Shown: positions 21,038 through 30,237 of the stretch, piece after piece
How positions within the stretch are numbered: the stretch's first letter is position 1
Layout of the letters: every line of letters starts with the position of its first letter
Program-made: the position numbers and the translations under genes
Notes under the pieces: model-generated
Seen by the model: only the letters and a program-made list of their open reading frames with translations
What the model was told of the DNA's origin: nothing
Database searches by the model: none
From: Anaerolineae bacterium
GTDB lineage: Bacteria > Chloroflexota > Anaerolineae > Anaerolineales > Villigracilaceae
Assembly: GCA_018648655.1 (NCBI GenBank)
Contig: JABGQV010000091.1
Location: 1 to 59,153, forward strand
Direction of reading: 5' to 3'
DNA: 59,153 bases

Positions 21038-22162
21038 ATGTCCCGCCGCACAGAATTTATCCCCTATAAGCCCAAAACGATTCTCAATAAACACAAACGC
21101 GCTGATCATTGGTTCTGGACGCGTTATACAGCCTATCCTTATAAAGGGTGTCAGCATGGTTGCCAATTCTGTTACTGCCGCGAGCAGAAATTTTCTCCTT
21201 TTGATGATCCAAATGATTTTGCATATACCATCCACGTTAAGGAAAATGCGCCACAGCTTTTGCGCAAAGCCATTGCCCGCGCGAAAACGGATTTGATCTT
21301 CATGGGTGATTACCAACCTGCTGAAAAGAAATTTAGACTTTCCCGTCAAATGCTCGCAGTTTGCCTTGAGAGGAACTTCCCTGTTTTTATTCTAGAACGT
21401 TCGCCCCTCATCTTGCGCGATCTCGACCTGTTGACTGAAATCAACACCAAAGCTGTTGCCGCAACGGCTTTCAGCATCATCTCTACGCCCGACTCGGTGC
21501 ATTACGAACGCATCCGCCAGATGGAGCATCTTGCCCCGCCGCCAGAAAAACGCTTCAAGGCGATGGAGCAACTCGCGCTCGCTGGCATCCAGACCGGAGC
21601 GTGTATGATGCCCCTCTTGCCGGAACTTTGCGACACGGATGAAAATCTCGAATCTATCATTAAATGGACAGCCGACCACGGAGGGAGCTTCGTCCTTGCA
21701 TCAGGCTTGACCCTCTCCGATCAACAGCGAGCCTACTTCTTCAATGTCCTTGCCGAACGTTTTCCCGATATCTTGCCTGCCTATGAAAAATATTATCCCG
21801 CTGGGAAAAGTTATGGCGCAGCCGATGGGAGCTGGCGTAGGACAGCACTTAAAATTCGCGAGCTCTGCGAGAAGCACGGTATCAAAGATAGAATGCCACG
21901 CCCGATTATTCCGGGCGATAAACGGGCTAAAAACAAAGGTATCGTTGAAATTTTTGCGAATAAAGTCTATAGAATGGAACTTGAGCGTGCCCCAAAAAAT
22001 AAGATTTGGGTGTATAGAAAAGCGGCTTGGGCAATTGAAGATATGGAACAGGATATTTCACTTTTTTATCGCATGATGGGTCAAAAAGGTTTAGAAAAAA
22101 TACCAGAAATAGGCGAAAATTTGGCAAAAGAAGTTGAAGGATTATTAACTGAGGTAGTGTAG
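21038..22162 (+). CDS. SplB-like (DNA photolyase-type) radical SAM protein with C-terminal PolX-like helix-hairpin-helix extension
   Basis: 374 aa. CX3CX2C cluster motif YKGCQHGCQFCYC. The body resembles COG1533-type radical SAM proteins. The last 60 aa or so (IWVYRKAAWAIEDMEQDISLFYRMMGQKGLEKIPEIGENLAKEVEGLL) resemble the Pol beta/PolX 8-kDa HhH pattern. Confidence 0.8.
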   Translation: MSRRTEFIPYKPKTILNKHKRADHWFWTRYTAYPYKGCQHGCQFCYCREQKFSPFDDPNDFAYTIHVKENAPQLLRKAIARAKTDLIFMGDYQPAEKKFRLSRQMLAVCLERNFPVFILERSPLILRDLDLLTEINTKAVAATAFSIISTPDSVHYERIRQMEHLAPPPEKRFKAMEQLALAGIQTGACMMPLLPELCDTDENLESIIKWTADHGGSFVLASGLTLSDQQRAYFFNVLAERFPDILPAYEKYYPAGKSYGAADGSWRRTALKIRELCEKHGIKDRMPRPIIPGDKRAKNKGIVEIFANKVYRMELERAPKNKIWVYRKAAWAIEDMEQDISLFYRMMGQKGLEKIPEIGENLAKEVEGLLTEVV

Positions 22163-22187
22163 CGTATTTTTCATAGTAGAATCAATT

Positions 22188-22445
22188 ATGGCAAAATTAA
22201 AATTAGACCTTCACGATATTTATAATAAAGGCTATAAGATTGATTCGGAACTCAATCGCATTATTCAAGAAGCGATTGACAAGAAAATTACACTTGTAGA
22301 AATTATCCCCGGCAAGGGGAGTGGCCAACTTAAGAAAAAGGTGCTCCGTTTTTTAAATCAAAAACATATTCGCCCTCTTTATCACCGCATAGACAAAGAT
22401 AGCAAGAATTTTGGGCGAATTTTTGTGCGTTTCAAACATAAATGA
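22188..22445 (+). CDS. small stand-alone Smr-domain protein
   Basis: 85 aa. LDLHD (canonical LDLHG) and EIIPGKGSGQLKKKVLRFL (canonical IIHGKGxGxLrxxVxxwL). Very AT-rich coding sequence. Confidence 0.7.
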   Translation: MAKLKLDLHDIYNKGYKIDSELNRIIQEAIDKKITLVEIIPGKGSGQLKKKVLRFLNQKHIRPLYHRIDKDSKNFGRIFVRFKHK

Positions 22446-22457
22446 AAAAGGTGTAAA

Positions 22458-23291
22458 TTGGATAATTATCGTGAATACATTATTCAGCCAGATGGATATG
22501 GCGTCGTACGATTCTGCCCTTTATTTATTGCGAACATAATGGGCACAAAACTGGAACAGTGGTTTCAAGATAACAAATTTATTTACCAAGCTTTTCGAGA
22601 ATATAATACAAGTAATTATGTTTCTCAAAACTTGCAAGTAGAATTTCTATATTCTCGAAGAGTTGAGCCAAAACGAGAATTGGCAAAAATAAAACAAGAT
22701 GTTTTGAACCAAACAAATGCAAAACAATATCAATTGCTAATCAATTTGATACACCAGTGTTTTGAAATGATTTATGAATGTTATGAGTTGTTTCGCACAC
22801 CCAAAATAGGTTTGTCAGTTATAGATTTAAAGGATGATATTCAAAGAAAGGTAGCAAAGTTTGAAAAAGGGAATTTCCCAAAGAAAGCTAATATCATCAA
22901 AAAGTTTGGTAAGTCTGAAGAACTGATTCAGTTTGTAGAAGAAATGAATGCTGCTCGAAACTGTATTGAGCATAGAGGGGGAATTGTAGATAAGAATAAG
23001 GATTTGAAAGGTAAAACTAAACTGTCAGTACATTGGAAATCTCCAATAATACACTCTTCAAAAGGGAAAGTATCTGTTACTATAGATATTAAAGGGGGGC
23101 TTAATACAGAGGTAATCTTTGAGAGCGGGATTTTTGAATTCAGAGAAGGTGAATTGGTTAAATTTTCTTTTGAAGATAACTATAAGCTCATATACACCAT
23201 CATGGTTGCATTAAAAACAATTATTGATGGGTTATATGAAAAGTTTGAAATCGATTGCAATAAAACACCAGAAATACGAAAAGAATTTTAA
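22458..23291 (+). CDS. hypothetical protein with RNxxxH (HEPN-like) motif
   Basis: 277-aa ORF, TTG start 12 nt after the Smr stop (AAGGTG upstream; next in-frame ATG at 22539). No family recognised. Motif AARNCIEH at 22956-22973 fits HEPN Rx4-6H. G+C is about 27-33% in sampled lines. Confidence 0.6.
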   Translation: MDNYREYIIQPDGYGVVRFCPLFIANIMGTKLEQWFQDNKFIYQAFREYNTSNYVSQNLQVEFLYSRRVEPKRELAKIKQDVLNQTNAKQYQLLINLIHQCFEMIYECYELFRTPKIGLSVIDLKDDIQRKVAKFEKGNFPKKANIIKKFGKSEELIQFVEEMNAARNCIEHRGGIVDKNKDLKGKTKLSVHWKSPIIHSSKGKVSVTIDIKGGLNTEVIFESGIFEFREGELVKFSFEDNYKLIYTIMVALKTIIDGLYEKFEIDCNKTPEIRKEF

Positions 23292-23420
23292 GCTTGATTT
23301 TTTCCTAGCTTTAAAGAATTTCAAACTTTTAGACTCCCTAATCTTTCAAATTTCACTTTGTCCACAAAAAATATGACACTTGCCTCATGACTTTTTACAC
23401 CAAGCGAGTATAATACTTGC

Positions 23421-24365
23421 ATGAGCATTTATATCGCCGTAGATTTAGGCGGAACGCATATCCGTGCCGCGTCATTTCGACCGAAAGAAACAGAAGCACT
23501 TAGTCACCAGAAAATTAAGACCCGCTCAAAAGATGAAACTATCTTTGAGCGGATTCTTGGTTTAATTGAAGATACTATCCCCGAAAATGAGACTCTTAGT
23601 GCTATTGGCATTGCCGCACCGGGGCCTTTAAATCCGCGTACGGGGATTATCTTGAATACGCCCAATATCGAAGCTTGGGATAATTTCCCTATTGTTGAAA
23701 AGCTTAATGCGCACTTTAACGTTCCTGTTTATTTAGGCAATGATGCCAATCTTGCTGCATTAGGGGAATGGAAATATGGCGCGGGGCGTGGGCATGATCA
23801 TCTGGTATATCTGACCATTAGCACTGGTGTTGGGGGCGGTGTTATCTCTGATGGACGCTTGCTAGAGGGCGTGAACGGCTTAGGGGCAGAATTAGGGCAT
23901 GTGACTGTGCTTGCCGATGGGCCAGAATGTGGATGTGGGCATCGAGGACATTTAGAAGCTTTCTCTTCAGGAACCGCGATCGCAAAATACGTTGAAGAAG
24001 AGCTTAAAGATAAATTAAGGGTATCAAGCCTTAGATTAAGTTCGAAGCGAACGGCTAAAACGATAGCTGCAGCCGCAAAAAGTGGCGATGAGTTGGCAAT
24101 ATCTGCTTTTGACCGAGCAGGAAAATATTTGGGCATTGGTGTTGCTAGTTTTCTCCATATATTTAATCCTTCTATTTTAATTTTTGGCGGCGGGGTCTCG
24201 ATGAGTGGTGATTTACTCTTTGATCCTTTTTATGCTAGTTTGAAAGAAGAAATTTTTGGCCCTACTTATTTAGAAAATCTTAAAATAACCACTGCTGCGT
24301 TGGGCGATGATGCAGGTTTGCTCGGTGCTTTGGCATTGGTAGAAATGAAAAGTAAAATTTCCTAA
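23421..24365 (+). CDS. ROK family glucokinase
   Basis: 314 aa. IAVDLGGTHIR, GNDANLAALGE, the ROK Cys/His zinc motif GHVTVLADGPECGCGHRGHLE, and GGGVS. Confidence 0.85.
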   Translation: MSIYIAVDLGGTHIRAASFRPKETEALSHQKIKTRSKDETIFERILGLIEDTIPENETLSAIGIAAPGPLNPRTGIILNTPNIEAWDNFPIVEKLNAHFNVPVYLGNDANLAALGEWKYGAGRGHDHLVYLTISTGVGGGVISDGRLLEGVNGLGAELGHVTVLADGPECGCGHRGHLEAFSSGTAIAKYVEEELKDKLRVSSLRLSSKRTAKTIAAAAKSGDELAISAFDRAGKYLGIGVASFLHIFNPSILIFGGGVSMSGDLLFDPFYASLKEEIFGPTYLENLKITTAALGDDAGLLGALALVEMKSKIS

Positions 24366-24371
24366 ACAATG

Positions 24372-24414
24372 GCAATAAGCCCCCGTTCCTTTTGAAAGAA
24401 CGGGTTCTTATTGC
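24372..24414 (+). terminator. long hairpin downstream of the ROK gene (probable terminator)
   Basis: GCAATAAG-CC-CCCGTTC-N9-GAACGGG-TT-CTTATTGC. The U-tract is weak. Confidence 0.55.
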
Positions 24415-24446
24415 TTAGATTATCTATTTTAAAGGAGTTCTATATA

Positions 24447-25757
24447 ATGAAAAACTACCCTGGTAAAAAAGCCAACGCACTAATTGAGCGTGATTTATCT
24501 GTTGTTTCACCTTCTTACCCCCGTGCATTTCCTTTTGCAATGGAACGCGGAAAAGGTACCGAAGTTTGGGATGTGGACGGCAATCGTTTTCTTGATTTTG
24601 CAGCGGGAATTGCTGTAGCTTCAACGGGGCATAGCCATCCCAAAGTAGTTAAAGCCATTCAGGAGCAAGCTGAAAAGTTCTTGCATATTTCTTCAGATTT
24701 TTATCACGAAAAGTGGATTGAGTTAAGCGAAAAATTAGCCGCGATTGCGCCCTTCGAAGAAGACGCGCGCGTCTTTTTGACCAACTCAGGAACTGAAGCA
24801 GTGGAAGCGGCAATTAAACTTGCTCGCTACAAAACTGGTCGCTCTGGATTCATCGGTTTCTTAGGTGGCTTTCATGGGCGCACAATGGGCTCTTTAGCTT
24901 TTACCGCCAGTAAAGCAAAATATAAGCGTGGATTTGGTCCCGTAATGGATGGCGTAGTGCATGCACCTTTCCCAGATACTTATCGTCCTCTTTTGGCGAG
25001 CCGCAAGGGTGAAGGCTATGGCGAAACCGTTGTACGTTATATAGAAGAAGAAATTATGGGGCGCATTATGCCCGCCGATGATATTGCAGGCATTGTGATT
25101 GAACCTATTCAGGGTGAGGGTGGATATATTATCCCGCCGCCTGAGTTTTTCCCTGCCTTACGTGAGCTTTGCGACAAACATGGCATTTTATTGATTGCAG
25201 ACGAAGTGCAAGCCGGGATGGGGCGTACGGGTAAATGGTGGTCTATTGAAAATTTTGGTGTAGAGCCAGATATTATTACTTCTGCGAAGGGAATAGCCTC
25301 TGGTGTTCCGCTTGGTGCGATGATTGCTCGTAAATCGGTGATGAACTGGACAGTTGGCACACACGGCAATACTTACGGTGGAAATCCATTGGCTTGCGCC
25401 GCTGCTTGTGAAACGATTGATCTGATTGGCGAATCGTTCATGCAAAACGCAGTAGAAGTTGGACAATATGCGCTAGATGCTCTCGACGAAATTGCGGCAC
25501 ATCACCCTAGCATTGGTGAAGTACGTGGTATGGGTTTGATGATTGGCGTTGATTTTGTTAAAGACCAAGAAACCCGTGAACCTGCCGGTGCTTTCCGCGA
25601 TCGTGTCTCTGATCTTGCCTTTGAGCGTGGCACAATCACTCTCGGATGTGGAGAAAGCACAATTCGTGTTTCCCCGCCTTTAAATATTACCAAAGCCGAA
25701 ATTGATGAGGGCTTAAGAGCCTTCGATGAAGCTATTGGAATTGCTGAGAAAGAGTAA
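24447..25757 (+). CDS. class-III (acetylornithine / 4-aminobutyrate type) aminotransferase
   Basis: Start placed at ATG 24447 (AAAGGAG SD; track start 24411 lies inside the upstream hairpin). NSGTEAVEAAIKLAR, DEVQAGMGRTGKWW and TSAKGIASG (PLP Lys). Confidence 0.9.
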   Translation: MKNYPGKKANALIERDLSVVSPSYPRAFPFAMERGKGTEVWDVDGNRFLDFAAGIAVASTGHSHPKVVKAIQEQAEKFLHISSDFYHEKWIELSEKLAAIAPFEEDARVFLTNSGTEAVEAAIKLARYKTGRSGFIGFLGGFHGRTMGSLAFTASKAKYKRGFGPVMDGVVHAPFPDTYRPLLASRKGEGYGETVVRYIEEEIMGRIMPADDIAGIVIEPIQGEGGYIIPPPEFFPALRELCDKHGILLIADEVQAGMGRTGKWWSIENFGVEPDIITSAKGIASGVPLGAMIARKSVMNWTVGTHGNTYGGNPLACAAACETIDLIGESFMQNAVEVGQYALDALDEIAAHHPSIGEVRGMGLMIGVDFVKDQETREPAGAFRDRVSDLAFERGTITLGCGESTIRVSPPLNITKAEIDEGLRAFDEAIGIAEKE

Positions 25758-25820
25758 AAAATATAGAACGCGGATTCTGCTACGCTAAAAGCGGATTCTC
25801 GCAAATTTTTTAAAACTTTT

Positions 25821-25867
25821 GGTTTAGTTTTGGCGCAAAGTGCCAAAACTAAACCATTTTTGTTTTT
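25821..25867 (+). terminator. intrinsic terminator of the aminotransferase gene
   Basis: Perfect 14-bp stem GGTTTAGTTTTGGC-GCAAAGT-GCCAAAACTAAACC followed by ATTTTTGTTTTT. Confidence 0.85.
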
Positions 25868-25946
25868 AAAATCAGTGTTCTATTTTCTTCAAGATGATAA
25901 AATACCCTTGCAATATTTATACCCTCTATCACCTTTGGTATCTCCT

Positions 25947-27488
25947 ATGCTCCCTACCCTCCCCGACTTTCGTGTTCGTCAACGAGATTATCTTCTCGAA
26001 ATAACCCGCGCCATCACCCAAGAGCTTGATCTTGAGAAACTCCTCGCGCGTATTTTAAAAATCTCTATAGAAATGCTGGCTGGGCAAGCGGGTCTAATAG
26101 CCCTTAAAAAAGATGATGGCTGGCGCGTTGGCTCGGCACAAAAAATCCCCCCTGCGCTGCTTGATTATCTCAAACCGCTTCTTGCCGAAGAAACTGTTTC
26201 TGAGTTTAATATCAATGAATTAAATAGGATGCTCAAAAGCCTTGCTTATACCGCTAGTCGTGGGCTCTTAAATGGTGTTGGGCTTCCACTTGTTGCTCAT
26301 GAAAAAGTGATTGGTGTAATTTTCATCTTTCGTAATTATGCTGACCTTTTCTCTCTTAACGACAAAAGACTGCTCCGTGCCTTCGCCGACCAAGCTGCAA
26401 GCGCGGTCTATAATGCCCAACTTTATGGGCAAGTTACTTACGAAAAACAACGCCTTGACGCCCTTCTCGAATCCGCGGCCGATGGCATTCTAATCCTAAA
26501 CGCCGACCATACCATTGAGCGCGTAAATAGCGCGTTTCAGAAACTCTACGGACAACCGCGCGAAGACATTACGGGCAAAGCACATGCTGAAATTATCCGC
26601 TGGGCAAGTGACCCGCACGGCGCAACCCTCGAAGAATCTGAAGCTGAGGGTTGGCCCCTGACCCCCAATGCCTCCCTCTATGTCGAAGGTGATTTACATC
26701 GCCCCGATCCGCCCAATCTTCCTGTTGGTGTCACTTATGCCCCCCTTTTTGCCGCTGATAATAGCCTTCGGAATATCTTTATCACCGTGCGCGATATTAC
26801 CCATTTCCGCACCGCAGAGCAGGTTAAGAGCACTTTTATTTCGGTCGTCAGCCATGAGCTTCGCACACCGGTTGCCCTCATTAAAGGCTATGCCAGCACC
26901 CTTCGGCGAGACGATGCTCGCTGGGATAGAGAAATCATTGAAGATAGTTTGATGGTTATCGAAGAAGAATCCGACCGCTTGGCGAAAATGATAGACGATT
27001 TATTGGATGCTTCGCGACTTCAGGCAGGCGGATTAAGCCTCAATATCACCGATATTAATATACAGAATCTTGCCACCCAACTCGCGGATCGCTTCGCGTC
27101 TCAGGCTGGCTCACGTTCAATTAATACTGCCTTTCCCGAGCATTTCCCGTTAATCTCCGCAGACGAAACACGGATTCGCCAAGTGCTCACCAACCTCATC
27201 TCCAATGCCATCAAATACGCGCCCAAAGGCGATATCACCATTAGCGGAGAAGGTCGCCCTGAGCAAATTATCCTCTGCGTCAGCGATGAAGGTCCTGGCA
27301 TAGACCCTAAAGATATGCCCCATATCTTCGACAGATTCTACAGAGCCAACGAATCTGTCAATAAAACCAAAGGAGCGGGATTAGGCTTATATCTCGCCCG
27401 CGCCATTATCGAAGCCCACAGTGGACGGATGTGGATAGATTCTAAATCCACAGAAGGTGCACGGATTTGCTTCTCGTTGCCGAGGTAA
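25947..27488 (+). CDS. GAF-PAS sensor histidine kinase (orphan, no adjacent response regulator)
   Basis: Start placed at ATG 25947, because track start TTG 25830 would read through the terminator hairpin. H-box FISVVSHELRTPV, N-box LTNLISNAIKY, G-boxes DEGPGI and GAGLGLY. Confidence 0.85.
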   Translation: MLPTLPDFRVRQRDYLLEITRAITQELDLEKLLARILKISIEMLAGQAGLIALKKDDGWRVGSAQKIPPALLDYLKPLLAEETVSEFNINELNRMLKSLAYTASRGLLNGVGLPLVAHEKVIGVIFIFRNYADLFSLNDKRLLRAFADQAASAVYNAQLYGQVTYEKQRLDALLESAADGILILNADHTIERVNSAFQKLYGQPREDITGKAHAEIIRWASDPHGATLEESEAEGWPLTPNASLYVEGDLHRPDPPNLPVGVTYAPLFAADNSLRNIFITVRDITHFRTAEQVKSTFISVVSHELRTPVALIKGYASTLRRDDARWDREIIEDSLMVIEEESDRLAKMIDDLLDASRLQAGGLSLNITDINIQNLATQLADRFASQAGSRSINTAFPEHFPLISADETRIRQVLTNLISNAIKYAPKGDITISGEGRPEQIILCVSDEGPGIDPKDMPHIFDRFYRANESVNKTKGAGLGLYLARAIIEAHSGRMWIDSKSTEGARICFSLPR

Positions 27489-27629
27489 AGCTTTAAGAAC
27501 AACGTGTAGGGAATAACTCAAGAGCTTTAGAATAAGCGCAAGGTGACACACAATATATTTATGGTAAGGAAAACCCGCGAGTGTTGACGCTTGGCACTTA
27601 GAACGTGAGTTACTAAGTAATAAGGAATA

Positions 27630-28199
27630 ATGATGAAACATATTGCTACTACACTTCTACTTCTTCTCTTAGTCAGTTGCCAGGCAGACGTTCCTGTTTC
27701 AGAAGAAGTAAATATCTACCAAACAGTATCCATAAAACAAGAATTTCCGGAAGTTCTAATGCTGGCTCAGAGTTGGAGCGAAGATGCTTTGCTCTTTCGC
27801 GTAAGTGTACCGGTAATTAATCCAAACGCTCTTAGTATTAGAGTAAATTCTGAATATGTTTTTGAATCACCTACAAATCTAGGTGAACAATTTGTTGTGT
27901 TTTGTGAGTCCACCAAATGCAATAGTAAAATTTATGAACCCAATGCACTATTTATGGACTATGGCGTTGAGGCTATTAACTTGGACGATGTCCGAGTTGA
28001 CAGTATTGAGGCCGTCAAAATTGCACTACGCAATGGGGGAGACAACCATATAAAAAACAGTAGTCGTCACGGGGATGTGACTTTAGGGCGTAACAAAGAA
28101 GGTACTTTGCATTGGGTTGGATATTTCAGTGGAGAAAATGGCACAATTTATATCTATATTGACCCTGAAAGTGGTAAAGTGACAGAAATAGATGATTGA
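27630..28199 (+). CDS. lipoprotein, possible PepSY-like C-terminal domain
   Basis: 189 aa. Lipobox LLLLVSCQ. The C-terminus IYIYIDPESGKVTEIDD resembles PepSY-type endings. AT-rich. Confidence 0.55.
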   Translation: MMKHIATTLLLLLLVSCQADVPVSEEVNIYQTVSIKQEFPEVLMLAQSWSEDALLFRVSVPVINPNALSIRVNSEYVFESPTNLGEQFVVFCESTKCNSKIYEPNALFMDYGVEAINLDDVRVDSIEAVKIALRNGGDNHIKNSSRHGDVTLGRNKEGTLHWVGYFSGENGTIYIYIDPESGKVTEIDD

Positions 28200-28307
28200 A
28201 AAGGCTACCTCTGATAAATGTTTCCATACCAAAAGAATAAATACTTTCTGTTACTATCTGTATAATAACTAAAGCATTTGCCATCCAATAAAAGAAAGGA
28301 AACCCTC

Positions 28308-30107
28308 ATGTCAAAAACCCCTGCACGAAACGAAGTAGACCCAAAATATACCTGGAACGCCAAAAGCGTTTACGCCTCCGCTGAAGTGTGGAACGCAGAA
28401 GCTGAGCAAATCATTGCCGATATTCCTACCGTGAAGATTTTTCAAGGAAAATTGGGCGAAAATGCCGCCTCTCTAGCCAATGGGTTGGAAGTAGTTGAAA
28501 GTCTGCTTGTGCGCGCAGAAAGGCTCTATATGTATGCCGGCTTCTCTTATAGCGTTGATACCACCAATCAAGATGCCGCCGCAATGGCAGATAAAGCTAG
28601 CGGTGTTCACGGTCAGGTTGTCGCGGCTATATCTTTTGTCCAGCCAGAGATGTTGACAATCGGTGAGCAAGTTCTGGGTCAGTGGTTGTCTGAAGATGCT
28701 CGTTTAGCGGGATATAAGCATTTCGTCAGCAATCTCTTCAGAAAACAGGCCCACCTTCGATCATCCGAAGTAGAAGAGATTTTGGGCATGTTAGCCAACC
28801 CCTTTAGTGGCGCGTCTGCCACCACCAGTATGCTCACCAACGCCGATTTTAAATTTGCGCCAGCAGTAGATGATAATGGCAATGAACTTGACCTCACACA
28901 AGGCACATTGGGAAAAATACTAAATAGCACAGACCACAAAGCACGTAAAAATGCGTGGAATAATTATCTCGATAAATATCTGAGGCATAAAAATACCCTT
29001 GCTACCAGCTTGGGCACATCTATTAAGCAAAATGTTTTTCAAATGCGAGCGCGAAAACATGAAAGCACGCTGGGCATGTCGCTTTTTGAAAACGATATTG
29101 ATACAGCGGTTTTTCATAACCTGATTGATGTTTTCAAAAAGAATTTACCCGTTTGGCAACGCTATTTCGAGATTCGCCGCAAGGTCTTGGGCGTAGAGAC
29201 CCTGCACCCCTACGATTTGTGGGCACCGCTCACCAAAAATAGCCCGCCCGTGAGCTATGAACAAGCTGTCGATTGGATTTGTGAAGGGCTTAAACCGATG
29301 GGCGCAGAATATGTGGCCACGCTCCGTAAAGGTGCACTCGAAGAGCGTTGGGTGGATGTTTTCCCTAATCAGGGTAAGCGCAACGGCGCATTTTCTTGGG
29401 GTGCGCCGGGCACATATCCCTTTATTATGATGAGTTTCGGAAATAATATGATTGGACTGAGCACCCTTGCGCATGAGTTAGGGCATTCGATGCACTCTTA
29501 TCTCACTTGGCAAAATCAGCCTTTGGCTTATTCAGATTATTCGCTCTTTGTAGCAGAAGTCGCATCAAACTTCCAGCAGGCAATGGTGCGCGATCATCTG
29601 TTAAAAAGCAATCCAGAGAAGGATTTTCAGATTGCGATTATTGAAGAAGCGATGATGAATTTCTTGCGCTATTTCTTCATCATGCCGACCTTAGCCCGCT
29701 TCGAACTTGAAGTCCACTTGCGTGCCGAAAATGGGCAGCCCCTGACGGCTGACACGATGATGGCCTTAATGGCAGACCTTTTCGCCGAGGGGTATGGCGA
29801 AAGCGTGACTATAGACCGTGAACGCGTGGGCATGATTTGGTCAACTTTTGGGCATCTCTTCTCCGATTATTATGTCTATCAATATGCAACGGGCATTTCG
29901 GGCGCACACGCGCTCTCTCAACGAGTATTGGATGATGTGCCAAATGCAGTCGAAGATTACACCAAATTCCTAAAGGCTGGCTCTTCCATGTACCCGCTAG
30001 ATGCACTCAAGATGGCGGGCGTTGATTTGACTACACCTGATGCTGTTGAAGCGACCTTTGCCGTGATGAGTGAATATATTGATAAGTTAGAAGAGTTGAC
30101 GGCGTAG
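28308..30107 (+). CDS. pepF: oligoendopeptidase F (M3B family)
   Basis: Start placed at ATG 28308 (AAAGGA SD; track start is TTG 28278). Zinc motif HELGHSMH and about 600 aa of M3B-like sequence. Confidence 0.9.
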   Translation: MSKTPARNEVDPKYTWNAKSVYASAEVWNAEAEQIIADIPTVKIFQGKLGENAASLANGLEVVESLLVRAERLYMYAGFSYSVDTTNQDAAAMADKASGVHGQVVAAISFVQPEMLTIGEQVLGQWLSEDARLAGYKHFVSNLFRKQAHLRSSEVEEILGMLANPFSGASATTSMLTNADFKFAPAVDDNGNELDLTQGTLGKILNSTDHKARKNAWNNYLDKYLRHKNTLATSLGTSIKQNVFQMRARKHESTLGMSLFENDIDTAVFHNLIDVFKKNLPVWQRYFEIRRKVLGVETLHPYDLWAPLTKNSPPVSYEQAVDWICEGLKPMGAEYVATLRKGALEERWVDVFPNQGKRNGAFSWGAPGTYPFIMMSFGNNMIGLSTLAHELGHSMHSYLTWQNQPLAYSDYSLFVAEVASNFQQAMVRDHLLKSNPEKDFQIAIIEEAMMNFLRYFFIMPTLARFELEVHLRAENGQPLTADTMMALMADLFAEGYGESVTIDRERVGMIWSTFGHLFSDYYVYQYATGISGAHALSQRVLDDVPNAVEDYTKFLKAGSSMYPLDALKMAGVDLTTPDAVEATFAVMSEYIDKLEELTA

Positions 30108-30138
30108 CAAACGAAGACCATAATTTTAGCTGAGTAGC

Positions 30139-30180
30139 TTACCCCCCAGTTCTATCTTTTAGAATTGGGGGGTAAAATTT
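30139..30180 (+). terminator. intrinsic terminator of pepF
   Basis: TTACCCCCCAGTTCT-N7-AGAATTGGGGGGTAA followed by AATTTT. Confidence 0.8.
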
Positions 30181-30237
30181 TAATAGAGATACCGAAATAA
30201 TTATATTATCTACGAAGAAAGGGAAAATTACCTCAAG

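Noticed and set aside
25768-25800. Direct repeat GCGGATTCT-N13-GCGGATTCT between the aminotransferase stop and its terminator.
   Set aside because: It consists of only two 9-mers, with no palindrome and no second occurrence in the window. That is insufficient to call an operator or repeat family.
25830-25946. Track-proposed N-terminal extensions: TTG 25830 for the histidine kinase, 24411 for the aminotransferase, 28278 for pepF, 47105 for purB, 8686, 18783, 34838, 39116, 53782 and 57695.
   Set aside because: The extensions run through terminator hairpins (25821-25867, 24372-24414), overlap the neighbouring gene, or lack an SD. In each case an internal ATG or GTG with a good SD, or the family-typical N-terminus, is present.
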